Shown piece by piece: positions 1-11,114 of a stretch of DNA of 64,000 bases (position 1 is its first letter; each line of letters begins with the position of its first letter). The notes beneath the pieces were generated by a model that saw only the letters and a list, made by a program, of their open reading frames with translations, searched no databases and had not been told where the DNA came from. The DNA is taken from positions 558,001-622,000 of the forward strand of contig ML978127.1 in NCBI GenBank assembly GCA_010015805.1. Direction: 5' to 3'. A program made the position numbers and the translations under genes. This stretch comes from Rhizodiscina lignyota. Taxonomy: Eukaryota.

Positions 1-2
1 GG

Positions 3-1034
3 CTAGAGAAGCTCATCTTTACCCGTCTACTTACGTGGTTCAGTCCTTGCATATTTGCGAATAGTTATGTGCGGCGATTCCTGCACGGCACGTTTGTGGG
101 CAGATTCTTCGTGGACACGTTCTGGAAAATACTTGAAAGCGATCTGGTGCAGCTCAATGGCTATGACGAGCACCCGGAGACGAAAAAGCTCAAGCCTTGG
201 AACGCTGCTTTTTGGATCGGCAATGGTCTCTCCATTCTCAACTTCCCGACCAGCATATTTGACATGGTGAAGAAAGGGCAAATACATGTACACGTCAGAG
301 ATATCGTCCGATTATCGGAGAAACATGTGCACCTATCCAACGGAGAGATACTTCCCAGTGATGCCATAATCTGTGCATCTGGGTGGAAACCGCAGCCTTC
401 AATCGAATTTCTACCGACGACTCTGAATGCCCGGTTAGGCCTACCTCATACATCCGACCAGAAGAACGATCTCGCAGTGGCGGCAGACCGCGATATACTT
501 GGGCGATATCCCCGTCTTCGAAACCAGCCCGTTCTTAATCCAAAATACAAACCTCTCACGGGTGATGCCGAGGCACAAGCGAGCATCAATGAACCATTTC
601 GCCTCTACCGCTTCATGGTGTCTCCAGATCCGGACTTCTTGAAGCTTCACAACATCGGCTTTGCTGGTATGATATGGACGCTCAGCCAGACTGTCTGTGC
701 ACAAATGCAAAGCCTTTGGCTAACAGCGTACCTTGATGGCAAACTGAAAATCGATCAGGCACCAGATCAGGTCCTTTGGGAGGCTACTCTCTTCAGCCAA
801 TTCCAGAAATGGAGACATCCAACTGGATACGGCAACATGGTCCCTGACCTAGTTTTCGAGACGCTGCCGTATTTCGACTTCATAATGGATGACCTCGGCC
901 TCCAAGTTCACAGGAAGAAAACCACATTTGCGGAATTGTTCGAAGGGTACGGCCCCGAAGATTATAGAGAGATTGTCAAGGAATGGAAGGAGAAGAATGT
1001 ATACTCCTCTATTAATATAGATTATACACACTAA
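3..1034 (+). CDS. Flavin-containing monooxygenase (FMO/dimethylaniline monooxygenase-like), 5'-partial; gene begins before the window
   Basis: The frame is open from position 3 (LEKLIFTRLLTWFSPCIF...). It contains the DAIICASGW dinucleotide-binding motif, the FRLYRFMV, GFAG and QSLW segments, and the C-terminal PYFD..MDDLG/YGPEDY typical of fungal FMO-like enzymes. The last ~13 codons derive from a repeat copy. Confidence 0.8.
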   Translation, partial: LEKLIFTRLLTWFSPCIFANSYVRRFLHGTFVGRFFVDTFWKILESDLVQLNGYDEHPETKKLKPWNAAFWIGNGLSILNFPTSIFDMVKKGQIHVHVRDIVRLSEKHVHLSNGEILPSDAIICASGWKPQPSIEFLPTTLNARLGLPHTSDQKNDLAVAADRDILGRYPRLRNQPVLNPKYKPLTGDAEAQASINEPFRLYRFMVSPDPDFLKLHNIGFAGMIWTLSQTVCAQMQSLWLTAYLDGKLKIDQAPDQVLWEATLFSQFQKWRHPTGYGNMVPDLVFETLPYFDFIMDDLGLQVHRKKTTFAELFEGYGPEDYREIVKEWKEKNVYSSINIDYTH

Positions 1035-1174
1035 AGCTGTGTACTTTGGATTAATACTATCCAATATATATTAAATCGAGCTTTCAGAGATGCTCTCCCA
1101 TGTGCTGAAGAATAAAACTTGCCTTTACTGTGAGTGTTCAATTAATCGAGCTCAGCTATTTTGTCACCCGCGTG
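992..1174 (+). mobile_element. MITE-like repeat copy A (5'-truncated), overlapping the FMO stop codon
   Basis: About 90% identical by eye to 48060-48179 (ttaatatagattatacacactaaagctgtgtacttt...). Ends in the right TIR ctcagctattttgtcacccgcgtg. Confidence 0.85.
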
Positions 1175-2198
1175 TCTGCTCAGCACACAGTACTAGACCC
1201 ATATTACTGATACATAATCAGATGAACGAGCAAGATGTTGTTTCTACTCCAAGACATGACGACTATCCTGGAGGTAACAGACGACTACCAGAAACGTTGG
1301 CTCGGCTCTGGAAGCTTTGGCGCACTGGCTGATCGTCGAAGCGGTACCTGTCGCAAGTGGGTGTATCCTAGCAGTTCTTTAAATACAAACATACGATAAG
1401 CACTTACGCATGGATAATCCTTTGGGTGAATCTCACTGGGACGAGGGAGTGCGCATCTTCTATGTACAGTATCTCATTCTCAACAGATGTACTGGAGACG
1501 AAGACGTCATGCAGATCAAACGGTCTTCCGAGTCCGACGACCTGAGATTGTGGCCTGGACAGATTGTGCAAGCGCTGAGATTGCGGAGGCCCATGCCATC
1601 CGGCGCGTTTAGCATCACGTGGTCGAAGTGGAGCATGCGCGAGCAAATCTCGAACGAACACGACCTCACGGATGGGCCCGTCCACTCCGACCCACAGCTG
1701 TTCGTATGCCACCGAGCAATTTGCAACGGGGATAGGCCTGGCAGGCGTGAATGCGAGATTGTCTCTCTGCGACCTGGTCAGTTTCAGCAGGTCAAATACT
1801 GCAGCTCGCTGCCGGGCCCTGCCTGCGCAGATTTGATAATCTGTGCGGGCCAATGAGACGCCTGCGGCAGGAGATCAATCATCGACCTTCATTTCGTGCT
1901 TCATTTCTGCTGCAAGCTCTGCAGGTACCTTGGTCATGACGCGGTGCCTTTCCGTTTGTTATTCTTCTCCACGTTGCAGCTCCGCTTCCTTTTCTAATCC
2001 TCAGCGCTCCGGGTATCGCTGTCTTCTTCATCAAACTTCTTCGTTTCTGAGAGTATATTCTTTTTGACGAAAGTCGTCCACTCCTTTGAAAATCTACGTT
2101 CTTTCTTCCCATATTTTCTTGCCTTATTCTTCTTCTTGAACGTATATAACTTTGAAGATCACCCCAACCGAGCGACGATCACCGCACAATCCACGACC

Positions 2199-3973
2199 AT
2201 GGCGAAGACGCTCACGCGATCGAAATCCATGAAACTCAGATCTCCACGCCAGCAAAATGCACAAAGCCCGGAAACTCCTAAACCTTTTATGAGCGGAGAG
2301 CCGCTTTCACGTTCCATTAGCGGACATGCAAAGTCGACGAATGGTCCAACCAGGCCCAGCACAGCCGGGGCGGTGCATCGTAACCGCGCAGCTCTCGCAT
2401 CTCAAAATTCGGGCCCCGCCAACCGTGATGACGCCAAATTGCAGGCACCTGCTTCCCCCGCTGTCTTTTGGGCGGCTGAAGTGCACTCTAAAAATGGCAC
2501 ACATTCTGCGACTACAGAAATAGGCGCATCCCAAGTTTCTTCGCCGCCGAGTCGGCCACCACCAAAAGCCCCGGGAGAAGCAACGGCTTCAGAGCGCGCC
2601 GAAAATCCACGTGGCCAAAGGAGCGAAGGAATGGAAGACCCATCGAAGGCCAAGGTGAAAAGGTGGAAGTCGTTGCGGGGCCTCTTTGGTGGAAAGAAAA
2701 CAACAAATTATGAGTCAGCCCGCCTCACACCTCCATTCGGGGACTATAGCGGCTTGCAAAGTCCAGACGTGGCTCCAACGCGGCTGGAAGGAACATCAGC
2801 AGTGACGAGGAGGGCATGGTCAGAGCAGAATCGGAGTACAACAAAACTGAACAAGCCACTCCCGACAGTTGCTCCATCTCAACGGACCGCGCCACCACTA
2901 CCAACGAATCATGCAAGAGATGGAGGATTCCAGGGTGGCCACAAATACCGTGGTGGTGCCGCAACAAGCCCATCGATTGACGTTGAGATACCTACGACGG
3001 AGATGGAAAGGTACAGCGTCATGTTTGGCGGTCTGCTCCGATCAAATACTCAACCGTCGTTGTTGTCACGGCGCCAAGGAAAGACCAGCAAAGTAAATGC
3101 TTTGCAAGTGGATGCCCCAAAGGTGAGCCCGAATTTTCCATGATATGGAACCACCGCATAAACTTACGTGAGTTTCAGCAAAACGAGGCTACCAATGCGG
3201 CCTTGAGGCCTGAGGTAGCGACGCCACAGACTCAAGCACGCTACCAGCTTTCGCTCTTCCCCCCTCCCAGCCCTCGGTCTGCGCAATTGAATCCTCTTGG
3301 CATGCACAAGCCACGAGCTTTGCAGCGGTCTCAAACAAGTCCGGCGCCTCGCTCTCCCACTACTGTGCGAGCCAACTACCAGCTCTCCATCTCATCCCAC
3401 ACTCTCTCCGAGGAAGTGCCAGTGCGCCTCGAGGTCACGACTGAAAGTGCATATCTTGCACCGCCGCCGTCTAAGTCGCTGACAATTAATACGCCTAATT
3501 CGAACATTCTGAATACTGAAGTAATGCTTCTTACCCCAACTCCTTCAACCGCCGCCAGCAGCCGCTTCAGCTTCATGTCAGATGAGGCTGATGTTGAAGC
3601 GCATGTCGCGGGACCACTAAGACCGGAATCAAACGAGCCGGCTTGGGAAATGGTTACGACATCGCCCGCCACGACATCTATTTCTACCCGCGAGACTCTC
3701 AACAGGAGTGTCAGTCAGACTACTGCTGCGACATCAGTGACGAGCTACAGTGATGATGCGGTGATTGAGCAGCCCACCCAGGTTCAAGTGTCAGTGGCGC
3801 GGCAAATGAGTGTTACGAGAGCCAGGTCGACGAAGAAGTATCTCGAGCCAAAAGCTGCATTGGGTGGAAGGGGTCCGAGCAGTGAGAGACTGGTGGAGAG
3901 GAAGCCGCTGACACCCACGCTTGTGGAGTTGAAAAGCCGAAGGAGTCAGGCTGTTCAGATTGAAGGTTACTGA
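2199..3973 (+). CDS. Hypothetical Ser/Pro/Thr-rich protein, 2 exons
   Basis: ATG in accATGg context. A phase-0 intron at 3123-3178 (GTGAGC...TTTCAG) joins ORFs 2064..3143 and 3140..3973 in frame. Contains the motif DVEIPTTEMERYSVMFGGLL. Confidence 0.7.
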
Positions 3974-4332
3974 TTACTAGAGCATGGGCATGCATCCGGA
4001 CTGCATTAGAGGCGAAAGATGCCGTGCAAGACTGTTTTTATTATAACCCATATGTATAACTTACGCGATTACGACGGAGATCGACGGACATCATTTCGGC
4101 GTTTGGAGGCTACGGGGCATTTCCAATACGACTGGTTTGCGCGCAGCGCGCTTAGCATTATTTTCTAGTGTAGCGAGATTGTATCTTGATATGTAGGGTT
4201 TTGTTCTCTGGAGCATTTTAGCAAGTTACTTCAATGTCAATGGCCTGGCTCTATTGCTAACAAATCAATCATTGTTACCACTCCATTGCCGTAGAAAACC
4301 CAGTATAGAGTATTGATTCCTTACACTGGTAA

Positions 4333-5309
4333 TCACAGCTTTGACTCGCCCCATCCGTTCTGACCAAGGAGTTCATAGACCTCTTGCACTACTACATCAG
4401 CATTTGATACAGTATGTCCCATTCCTTGAGGCCCCGGGTCATTGAATGCCTCGACTTTCCTTGTTCTTCCTCTCGCCGCAACTTCAAGCATAGTTCCGCC
4501 TTTCAAATCGTCTTCAATGCAAAGTCTCAATAGCGCTTGCGCAACTTCTTCTGGTGTGATGTATTCATCTTTGTTGAAATCAACCATACGATTCTTCTCC
4601 GGGTGCTCAGTGATAAGAGGTGTCCGGACCAGCCCTGGTGCGACAGCCGCGACTCGGATCCCCAGCTTGTCGTCCAATTCTCCTAGAGATCTCACAAACC
4701 CGGTGATGGCGTGCTTCGAGGCGAAGTATAGCGGTGTACCGATGCCGTAAACTTGTCCAGCAACAGAGCCGCATATGACGACCCTCTTTGGGTTGCTGCG
4801 GCTTACTTTCTCTTGGCCCCTTGGGGGGTTCAGGAAGTGTGAGATGGCCAGCTGTGTTGCCCTAATAGGATGGGTTGTATTAATATCCATCGTCAGATAT
4901 CGATCTCCTCTAGGGTCGTCTCTGCTCTGTCTACCTCCTGGCGGAAACCAGAAGTTGCTCATTGGGGGCTCGAAAATGCCGGCTCCAGCGCAGAGGATGT
5001 CGATTTGGCCAAATTCTTTGAGTGCAACGTCGAACATAGCTTCCAGAGCAGCCCATGAGGTCACATCGGTCTTCTGGAACACGGCCCGGGGGCTCTTCGT
5101 AAACTTTTTGAAATGCTCTTCCGCTTCCGGGCGTAGGGCGAGATCAGCAACGACTACGTTGCAGTTTTTCTCGAGTAGAAGTTTTGCGAACGCAAAATTG
5201 ATGCCTATAGATATTACCTGAGATACTGGTCTTCAATGAAAGTGTAAAGTGCCATACCAGATCCAGCTCCTGTGACTATTGCGGTTTTGCCCTCGACTTG
5301 GAATGGCAT
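4333..5309 (-). CDS. Short-chain dehydrogenase/reductase (15-hydroxyprostaglandin dehydrogenase-like), 2 exons
   Basis: Exon 1 reads MPFQVEGKTAIVTGAGSG; after intron 5205-5257 it continues INFAFAKLLL (TGxxxGI cofactor motif). Also has CAGAGI, catalytic YFASK (YxxxK) and VAPGLVRT. Confidence 0.9.
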
Positions 5310-5579
5310 GGTTACGATGGCTTACGAGACACGATAAAACTAGTCCAGCATAGAAAAACAAAAATAATTCAATATTGGAACGCAAAAATAGAGAGCTGAA
5401 TGGAAGCTGCTTTAATACTACTGGGAAATTCAGGTTCATACAAACTGACGACGCCGTTGCGGGCCTGGAGATAGTTATCCGGCTTGGGGAGGAGAGAATA
5501 AATTGGACTAAAAGCATAGTCCGCATTCCCCTCAACACGCACAACCAACTGTACCGAAGAAATATCCATATATATCATT

Positions 5580-6060
5580 AGTGACTCTTTTTGAGAGTGC
5601 TCAGGCTTAAGAACGGAGTAGGAGTAGTTAAGGTATAGAGGCACAGCAACGAAATTCTACTGTAGGTGGACCATACTCTACTGTACCTGAGCGTGGGTGG
5701 ACTAGACCTCCTAACTCTACCGATCTTCGGAATCTCTACTCTGTTGTAAGATGCTAAATAGCTCCTCAACCAGCTGTATAGCCTTCCGTACGGAGTAGAA
5801 GTTCTTATTAGACGTGTTACATTTTACTCTTAGTGCCCGACCGCCTTCTCGAATACTCCGCACGTGCTCAGTCTCTTATAAGTCACCAACGGTCAGTGTT
5901 CACATCTTATCTAGGTGCCTGTACTGGAAGCAGATTGCTCATTTTATCTTATCCTGGTGTATTATTATAGCCTTTTTCAATTATCTTTCCTGCTAGTAGC
6001 CTTTTAACATCCCCTCTAATTGGTCTACATCTAGCTCTAAGAGCCATCTAAAGTCGACAT
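5580..6060 (-). pseudogene. Probable RIP-inactivated coding relic
   Basis: TpA-rich stretch. One minus frame reads VDFRWLLELDVDQLEGMLKGY*QER*LKKAIII...AIQLVEELFSILQQSRDSEDR*S*EV*STHAQVQ*SMVHLQ*, with about 10 stops (TAG/TAA/TGA) and no apparent frameshift. Confidence 0.5.
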
Positions 6061-6246
6061 ACTATATTTCGTCAACCCAAATAATTTAGTGTAAATCCTT
6101 TTAGGTGGATTTACATATAATATAGGCCCTTTGCTTCTATCTGTATCACCACAAATTGTGAAATAGAGCGCCAGATGGATATCCTTCGATGCTTAGTATT
6201 ACGTAATATAGATTTATGCATAATGGCTCAACATACTGTATGCGTT

Positions 6247-6480
6247 CACGAGGGTAACAAAATAGTTGAGTCCTGTGGAGTTTGAACGTGTTTAGCAGAA
6301 GCGAGGTATCCTCTTTAACGCTGGCGAGAGTATCTCTGAAAGATCGATAAATTATATACCAGAGGTCGTTTATCTAAAACGCATAGGTTCAGGGTGTATA
6401 ACTTATATTAACTATCGAGGATATACATCTCCGTAGTTCTACAGATTGAACCACGACTCAACTATTTTATCACCAACTTG
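6247..6480 (-). mobile_element. MITE-like repeat copy B (full length, 234 bp)
   Basis: Ends cacgagggtaacaaaatagttgagtc and gactcaactattttatcaccaacttg are inverted repeats. The reverse-complemented interior aligns with the other copies (gatgtatatcctcgatagttaatata...ctttcagagatactctcgcc). Confidence 0.85.
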
Positions 6481-6495
6481 CCATTCAAAGCTAAG

Positions 6496-8062
6496 CTATG
6501 CGTTCATCGCAGTATAACTCAGTTTCATCCTGATCCTAAACTTTGACCGTTCATCAAAGTCAATCCTCTCCTCCAAACCTCGCCGAATCGTATTAAGAAA
6601 TCTGTCAAAGCTTTCCGCATTCTTCCAGCACATATGCAAAGATGGTTCAGGTGCTAAGTCAAACGGCAACGCTACTGTCAAAAAATCAAACGTTTCCACT
6701 TTGCGCAGGAATGCGGAAGGCAATCTCTTGAGAATCCCATCGAAAACGCTTATTTTGGGCTCGTAATCTTTAAGCACCATCTCCAGACATATAAGCCTCC
6801 CAGGAATATCTATTTCGAGTATTGTCTCGTCAAGCTGTCGATCCACGATGCATTGATCTTCGTCACCGTCTTCCAAATTGTGTCTCGCGGCTTCGGCGTC
6901 TTTGCTGGTCTCCGAGCCAGACACCTCTGCACCGCTCGTTGCATGCACTGTTGAATGCGTGGAACTGAGTATCGAGTTGGAGGGCTCTGTTGTCGTCTCA
7001 GTACCAATGAGGTCTGACGGATTGATGGTGGTGGCATCATCAGTCATGCTGAAGTCCCCGGATGTGGCTACGAGGATGTAAGACGTCGTGGGCTCGAATG
7101 GTAAATCAAGAGACAATAGATAAAGGACTTATCTACCTTTCTGGGTGTAGTTTGACCTGTCGTTTCCATCGCTTTCACTGCCTTGAGATATTTCGTTGTC
7201 AGGATCGGCAACGTCATCGTGCTCTTTAGAGGATGAGACAGAGAGCCTGAGCCTTTGAGCTTCAAAGAACTCTGTATCCGACCAATTCGACACGTCTGAT
7301 GAGTTCGGCGACGGACCACTCGATGGTGATAAATGAGAAGAGGATTCGGTTTCTGGGGAGGTACGTGATTTCTTAGAAGATTCGCCCGATGGCTCTCCGA
7401 TACTAACATCTAACAGTCCTCGTCAGTGATTCAGCAATACCATTGGGCGCAATTTATATTGGAAACTTGCCTTTCCTCTTCCGTTCAGAGCTGACCAGTT
7501 TTCGCAATGGCCTGCGGATTTGTATTCTTCGGTCTCTGCCATCATGCATATGCGTACCGGTCAGAACTAACCAATTCAGCACATTCTTTTCAAGACCAGA
7601 ATTCGTATCATTCCGCCGTCTTTGGGAATAGCTATTTCTTTTCTTGTCCAACATTTTCCGCTGGAGGCAAGCATGATGTAGTAGAAGCAGCCTTGCAGAA
7701 GTTAGCATAATTTAAGAAGTCACGGCGAGAGCTTTGCAATAGGCGTACCGGTCTCTATCCCGCGGGTAGATTAGCTTCCCTGAAGTGCTATTGTTCCAAA
7801 GCTGAGGGCCAAAATGGTCTAAGGTGTCGTTGAGCTGCTTCTCAATATAGTCGGACCGCGAGTCTGCTTCATTCCACACTTCTTTTGAGAGCTCTGATAT
7901 TTGTGCCTCCCATTCAACTGCGTTTGTATCACAAATCGTTGGTCGGCCCATACCAGATTCGTTGTCTTTAAATGCGAGATCCAGATCTCTTAGGGTATCT
8001 CGTATATGCCTGGGTTCCTTGGACCCGCGAGTTCGCGTCGTTGACGATTTCTTCGGTGTCAT
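6496..8062 (-). CDS. Orphan/hypothetical protein, 4 exons, with a small C-terminal alpha/beta domain
   Basis: Introns at 7692-7748 (GT-AG), 7410-7470 (GC-AG) and 7068-7136 (GT-AG) join three ORF-track fragments plus an unlisted Ser-rich exon into one open frame. KRK basic patches suggest an NLS. Confidence 0.65.
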
Positions 8063-8799
8063 TGTAACGATATCAGGACTCGCTGTTCGTCCAATTGCTG
8101 GATTTATTCAGATATTCAACTATCTCTCAAATAACTCCTAAGGTACCAGAGAGCGAATACTACAATTCGCGTTAACTGGGCCCTAGTAAGGAGGGTATGC
8201 AACTCACTAGAATAAGGCTGGGGCAAATTTGTCTCAAGCCAGAATTCCGTTTCCATCGCTCGGTGAGTTTGTTGCTCGGTGAGTTTGTGACTCAGTTGCA
8301 TTATGTGCCACTAGAAGCTCCTGCAGGTCGATTTATTGGACAGAGGTGCCGGAAGTCGGTGGCTTTACGACTGTGCCGCACGCCTCGCAGGGAAACGCCC
8401 TTGTCTCCTAAGCGAGTATCGAATGTCTTAACACCATTCCTTGCGACAGAGAGTAGGCTTGCAGCTGTGCTAGTCTTAGGAGTATCATAGTCCACATCGT
8501 TGAGCAATAGGATCTCATGGCGCAATGAATCCCTGTTTGTCGTGTATGCCCCCTCCCGCCATCAAATTTATGAGTGGTGTTAGCTTGCTTAACCGCTACG
8601 CTGCAAGGTCACTGTGAAAAGCACAGAGCCAGTCAAAGGGCCTCTGGAAAGTGTCTTCCGACCTCGATGCATCCATCAGGCGCTATTCATCCTTATATGG
8701 ATATTCTCTGCTATCGCTTGCTGTGTACTCTGAGCTTTGTTCCTTACCTGAATAAAGTCCAGGCACTCATCATAATATAATAAAATATCCCCCTCGCCT

Positions 8800-10405
8800 A
8801 TGAATACTCCTCAGGAAACCGCAACCTCCACTGATAAGAGTTGTCCTTGTTCCGGAGGAAATAAATTCTTGGAGTCTGTGCGCCACTTAGTATCTCAGGA
8901 CGTCTACGTTGGCGATTTGGCCAAACCCGCAGATCGCGCATTTCAGACTTTCCGCTCTTTCACAGAACTCGTCTCAGAAGCAGAGTGCAATACTGAGTTG
9001 CGTTCGTCTCTTTATACCGTCCAGAACCCTGCTATAGACGGTACGTTCTCAATCTGGACTGCCGAATGCTTCAGCGGCTCTACCGATTGTTCGCGGAGAG
9101 GTTTCCTTGCTAGATACTACCCTTTTGGGGTGTCAAAGGTGAGAAGCAATCATTCAACAATAACCGGGCTTCAAACAGAAACTGAAATACTTAGTTCGTC
9201 CTTATTCTTGAAGTTCCATTCGAAGGCCGCCGTCTCTTTGCTCTACTGAGCCGACCTATCACGAAGAGACGCGCCACAGAATTCTCTTTGTGGAAAGATT
9301 CGGAATCGGATCACCACTATACTTCTGTTCCATTCGTACTTCCTAAGCGACTCAGTTAGTGAATTGCCCTCGTATGGATACCATATGGTTAACGCTCCTC
9401 TTAGTTCCTACTGGTCTTCCTGTTCCACCAACTTCCTCCCTTCTTGAAGAACAACACAATAATACTCCGCTAAGTTGGCATCATTCCACCCTGGTGTCTA
9501 GAGGATCTCGTATAGGAATGAGCGATAGCATTACTGTCAATACTGGAACGAACGGATCGTATGAGCGACGGTCAACAGACAGTTCAGAGACCAACGGCAT
9601 TGATTCGATCCCTACATCGTCCACAGCACCCGAGAATCTTCAGCAGAACCGTCCAGACACGACAAAAAAACGGAAAGGTTCCTCGCACTCGGAAGTACGA
9701 CAACAGCAGAAGCGCACGCGTCCTGACGCAACCTTTAACGCTGCAGCACACAGGCAAGAGGTGTCCAATTTTCCCCTTGGAATTTCTGGTCCTTCGTATA
9801 CGCCGCCCATGTCACCCATGATGCAGAATAACTCCTCATCACAACCCAACGGCGGAACATGGAGCGCAGCCAATGGCAGAGGGTGTGGTCGCCGAGTACA
9901 GCAAATACCAGACCCGGAGCCAACATCTAGGTCTGCACTAGACGCTGCTGCACGGCTGCACAATGCCCAAAATACATCGTCTCAGGCACCACAAAACATG
10001 GGAACAGCCGATCGTACCTCAGCAGGAGGTGAAGACAGCCAGCGCCGGTCTCTCACGATTAGAATTTGTGTCGCTTACAAAGCCATGGCAGGTCCAATCT
10101 TTGATATCGCCATCATGAAGGAAATGCTTGGGGAGATTTCAAAAATTGAAGAGGACATTACAGTCGATCTTAAGGAACTCCACACACCTGGAGAATTTAT
10201 CACGGCTGTCATGTATGCCTTGGGTTGCGCCAAGGGCAAGAAAATTGACCTTTTGTACTTGACGCACGAAAATCACGGTTCCTGCTATTGTTTGAATAAA
10301 GACAGCGCTGGAACGTATCGCAAGTTTGTCAATCTCGCATACAAATTGGCAGCGACTGAAGCCCAGCTGGAGTTCAATGGAGTTGTGGATCATGCAAGTT
10401 CCTAA
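8800..10405 (+). CDS. Orphan/hypothetical protein, multi-exon, with a small C-terminal alpha/beta domain
   Basis: ORF 8800 (to PFGVSK), intron GTGAGA...CTTAG, exon FVLILEVPFEGRRLFALL..., intron GTTAGT...CTTAG, then the long ORF 9359..10405 in frame. Contains NLS-like KKRK and KRTR. Confidence 0.6.
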
Positions 10406-10879
10406 CAGTAATCAGTCTTCTTAACTATCTTGTTTTGAAAGGGTCATATGGTTATATTTTTTTTTTGGGACTGTTTTGTGCGGCAATGAATAAGATGTTT
10501 GCTCGGCTCTCGGATCTTTATTTAAGCAAATATTTCTGAAACCCCCCAAAAAATTGTATTCATAAAGATTGCAGTATAGTTTTAGGGAAACGATGGCTGA
10601 CTACTCTTTTGTTAGCAAGTTGCAATTCAGGCGTGAAGACACCGAAGACTCTGGATCTTGGATAAGATGGCATTCACTCTGACCCCATTGAATCTTTATA
10701 TCTCATTGGAGTTCCTGAAACAGTCGTTCACGGCGCGAAGTCGATCAATGCTTTCGCTGAAACGCGGTATGCGGTGTGAAGAAGATTTAAAGTGGTGTTT
10801 AGCTAGAGTAAACTCGGCTAGACGTAAAAGAACCTCGCCCTTCGGTCCCGGTCTCAAAAATAGCTCGCTTACCACGAAG

Positions 10880-11114
10880 AAAGTGGGTGACAAAATAGTC
10901 GAGTCGAGGCTGTAATATATCGAACTGCGAGGATGTATATCCTCGTTAGTTAATATAGGTTATATATACTAAAGCTGTACGATTTTTATAAATATACTCC
11001 AGAATTTATATAATCGATGTTTTAGAGATGTTCTCGCATATGCTGAAGAACAATACTTATTATTACTACAGCCGTTTTACGTTAGTCGGGCTCAACTATT
11101 TTGTCACCCGCGTG
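10880..11114 (+). mobile_element. MITE-like repeat copy C (full length, ~235 bp)
   Basis: aagtgggtgacaaaatagtcgagtcg ... cgggctcaactattttgtcacccgcgtg; the AT-rich interior is homologous to the other copies. Confidence 0.85.

Noticed and set aside
1353..1363. GCAAGTGGGTG resembling the MITE left end
   Set aside because: Only 11 bp match, and the TIR core (ACAAAA.AGTTGAG) does not follow.
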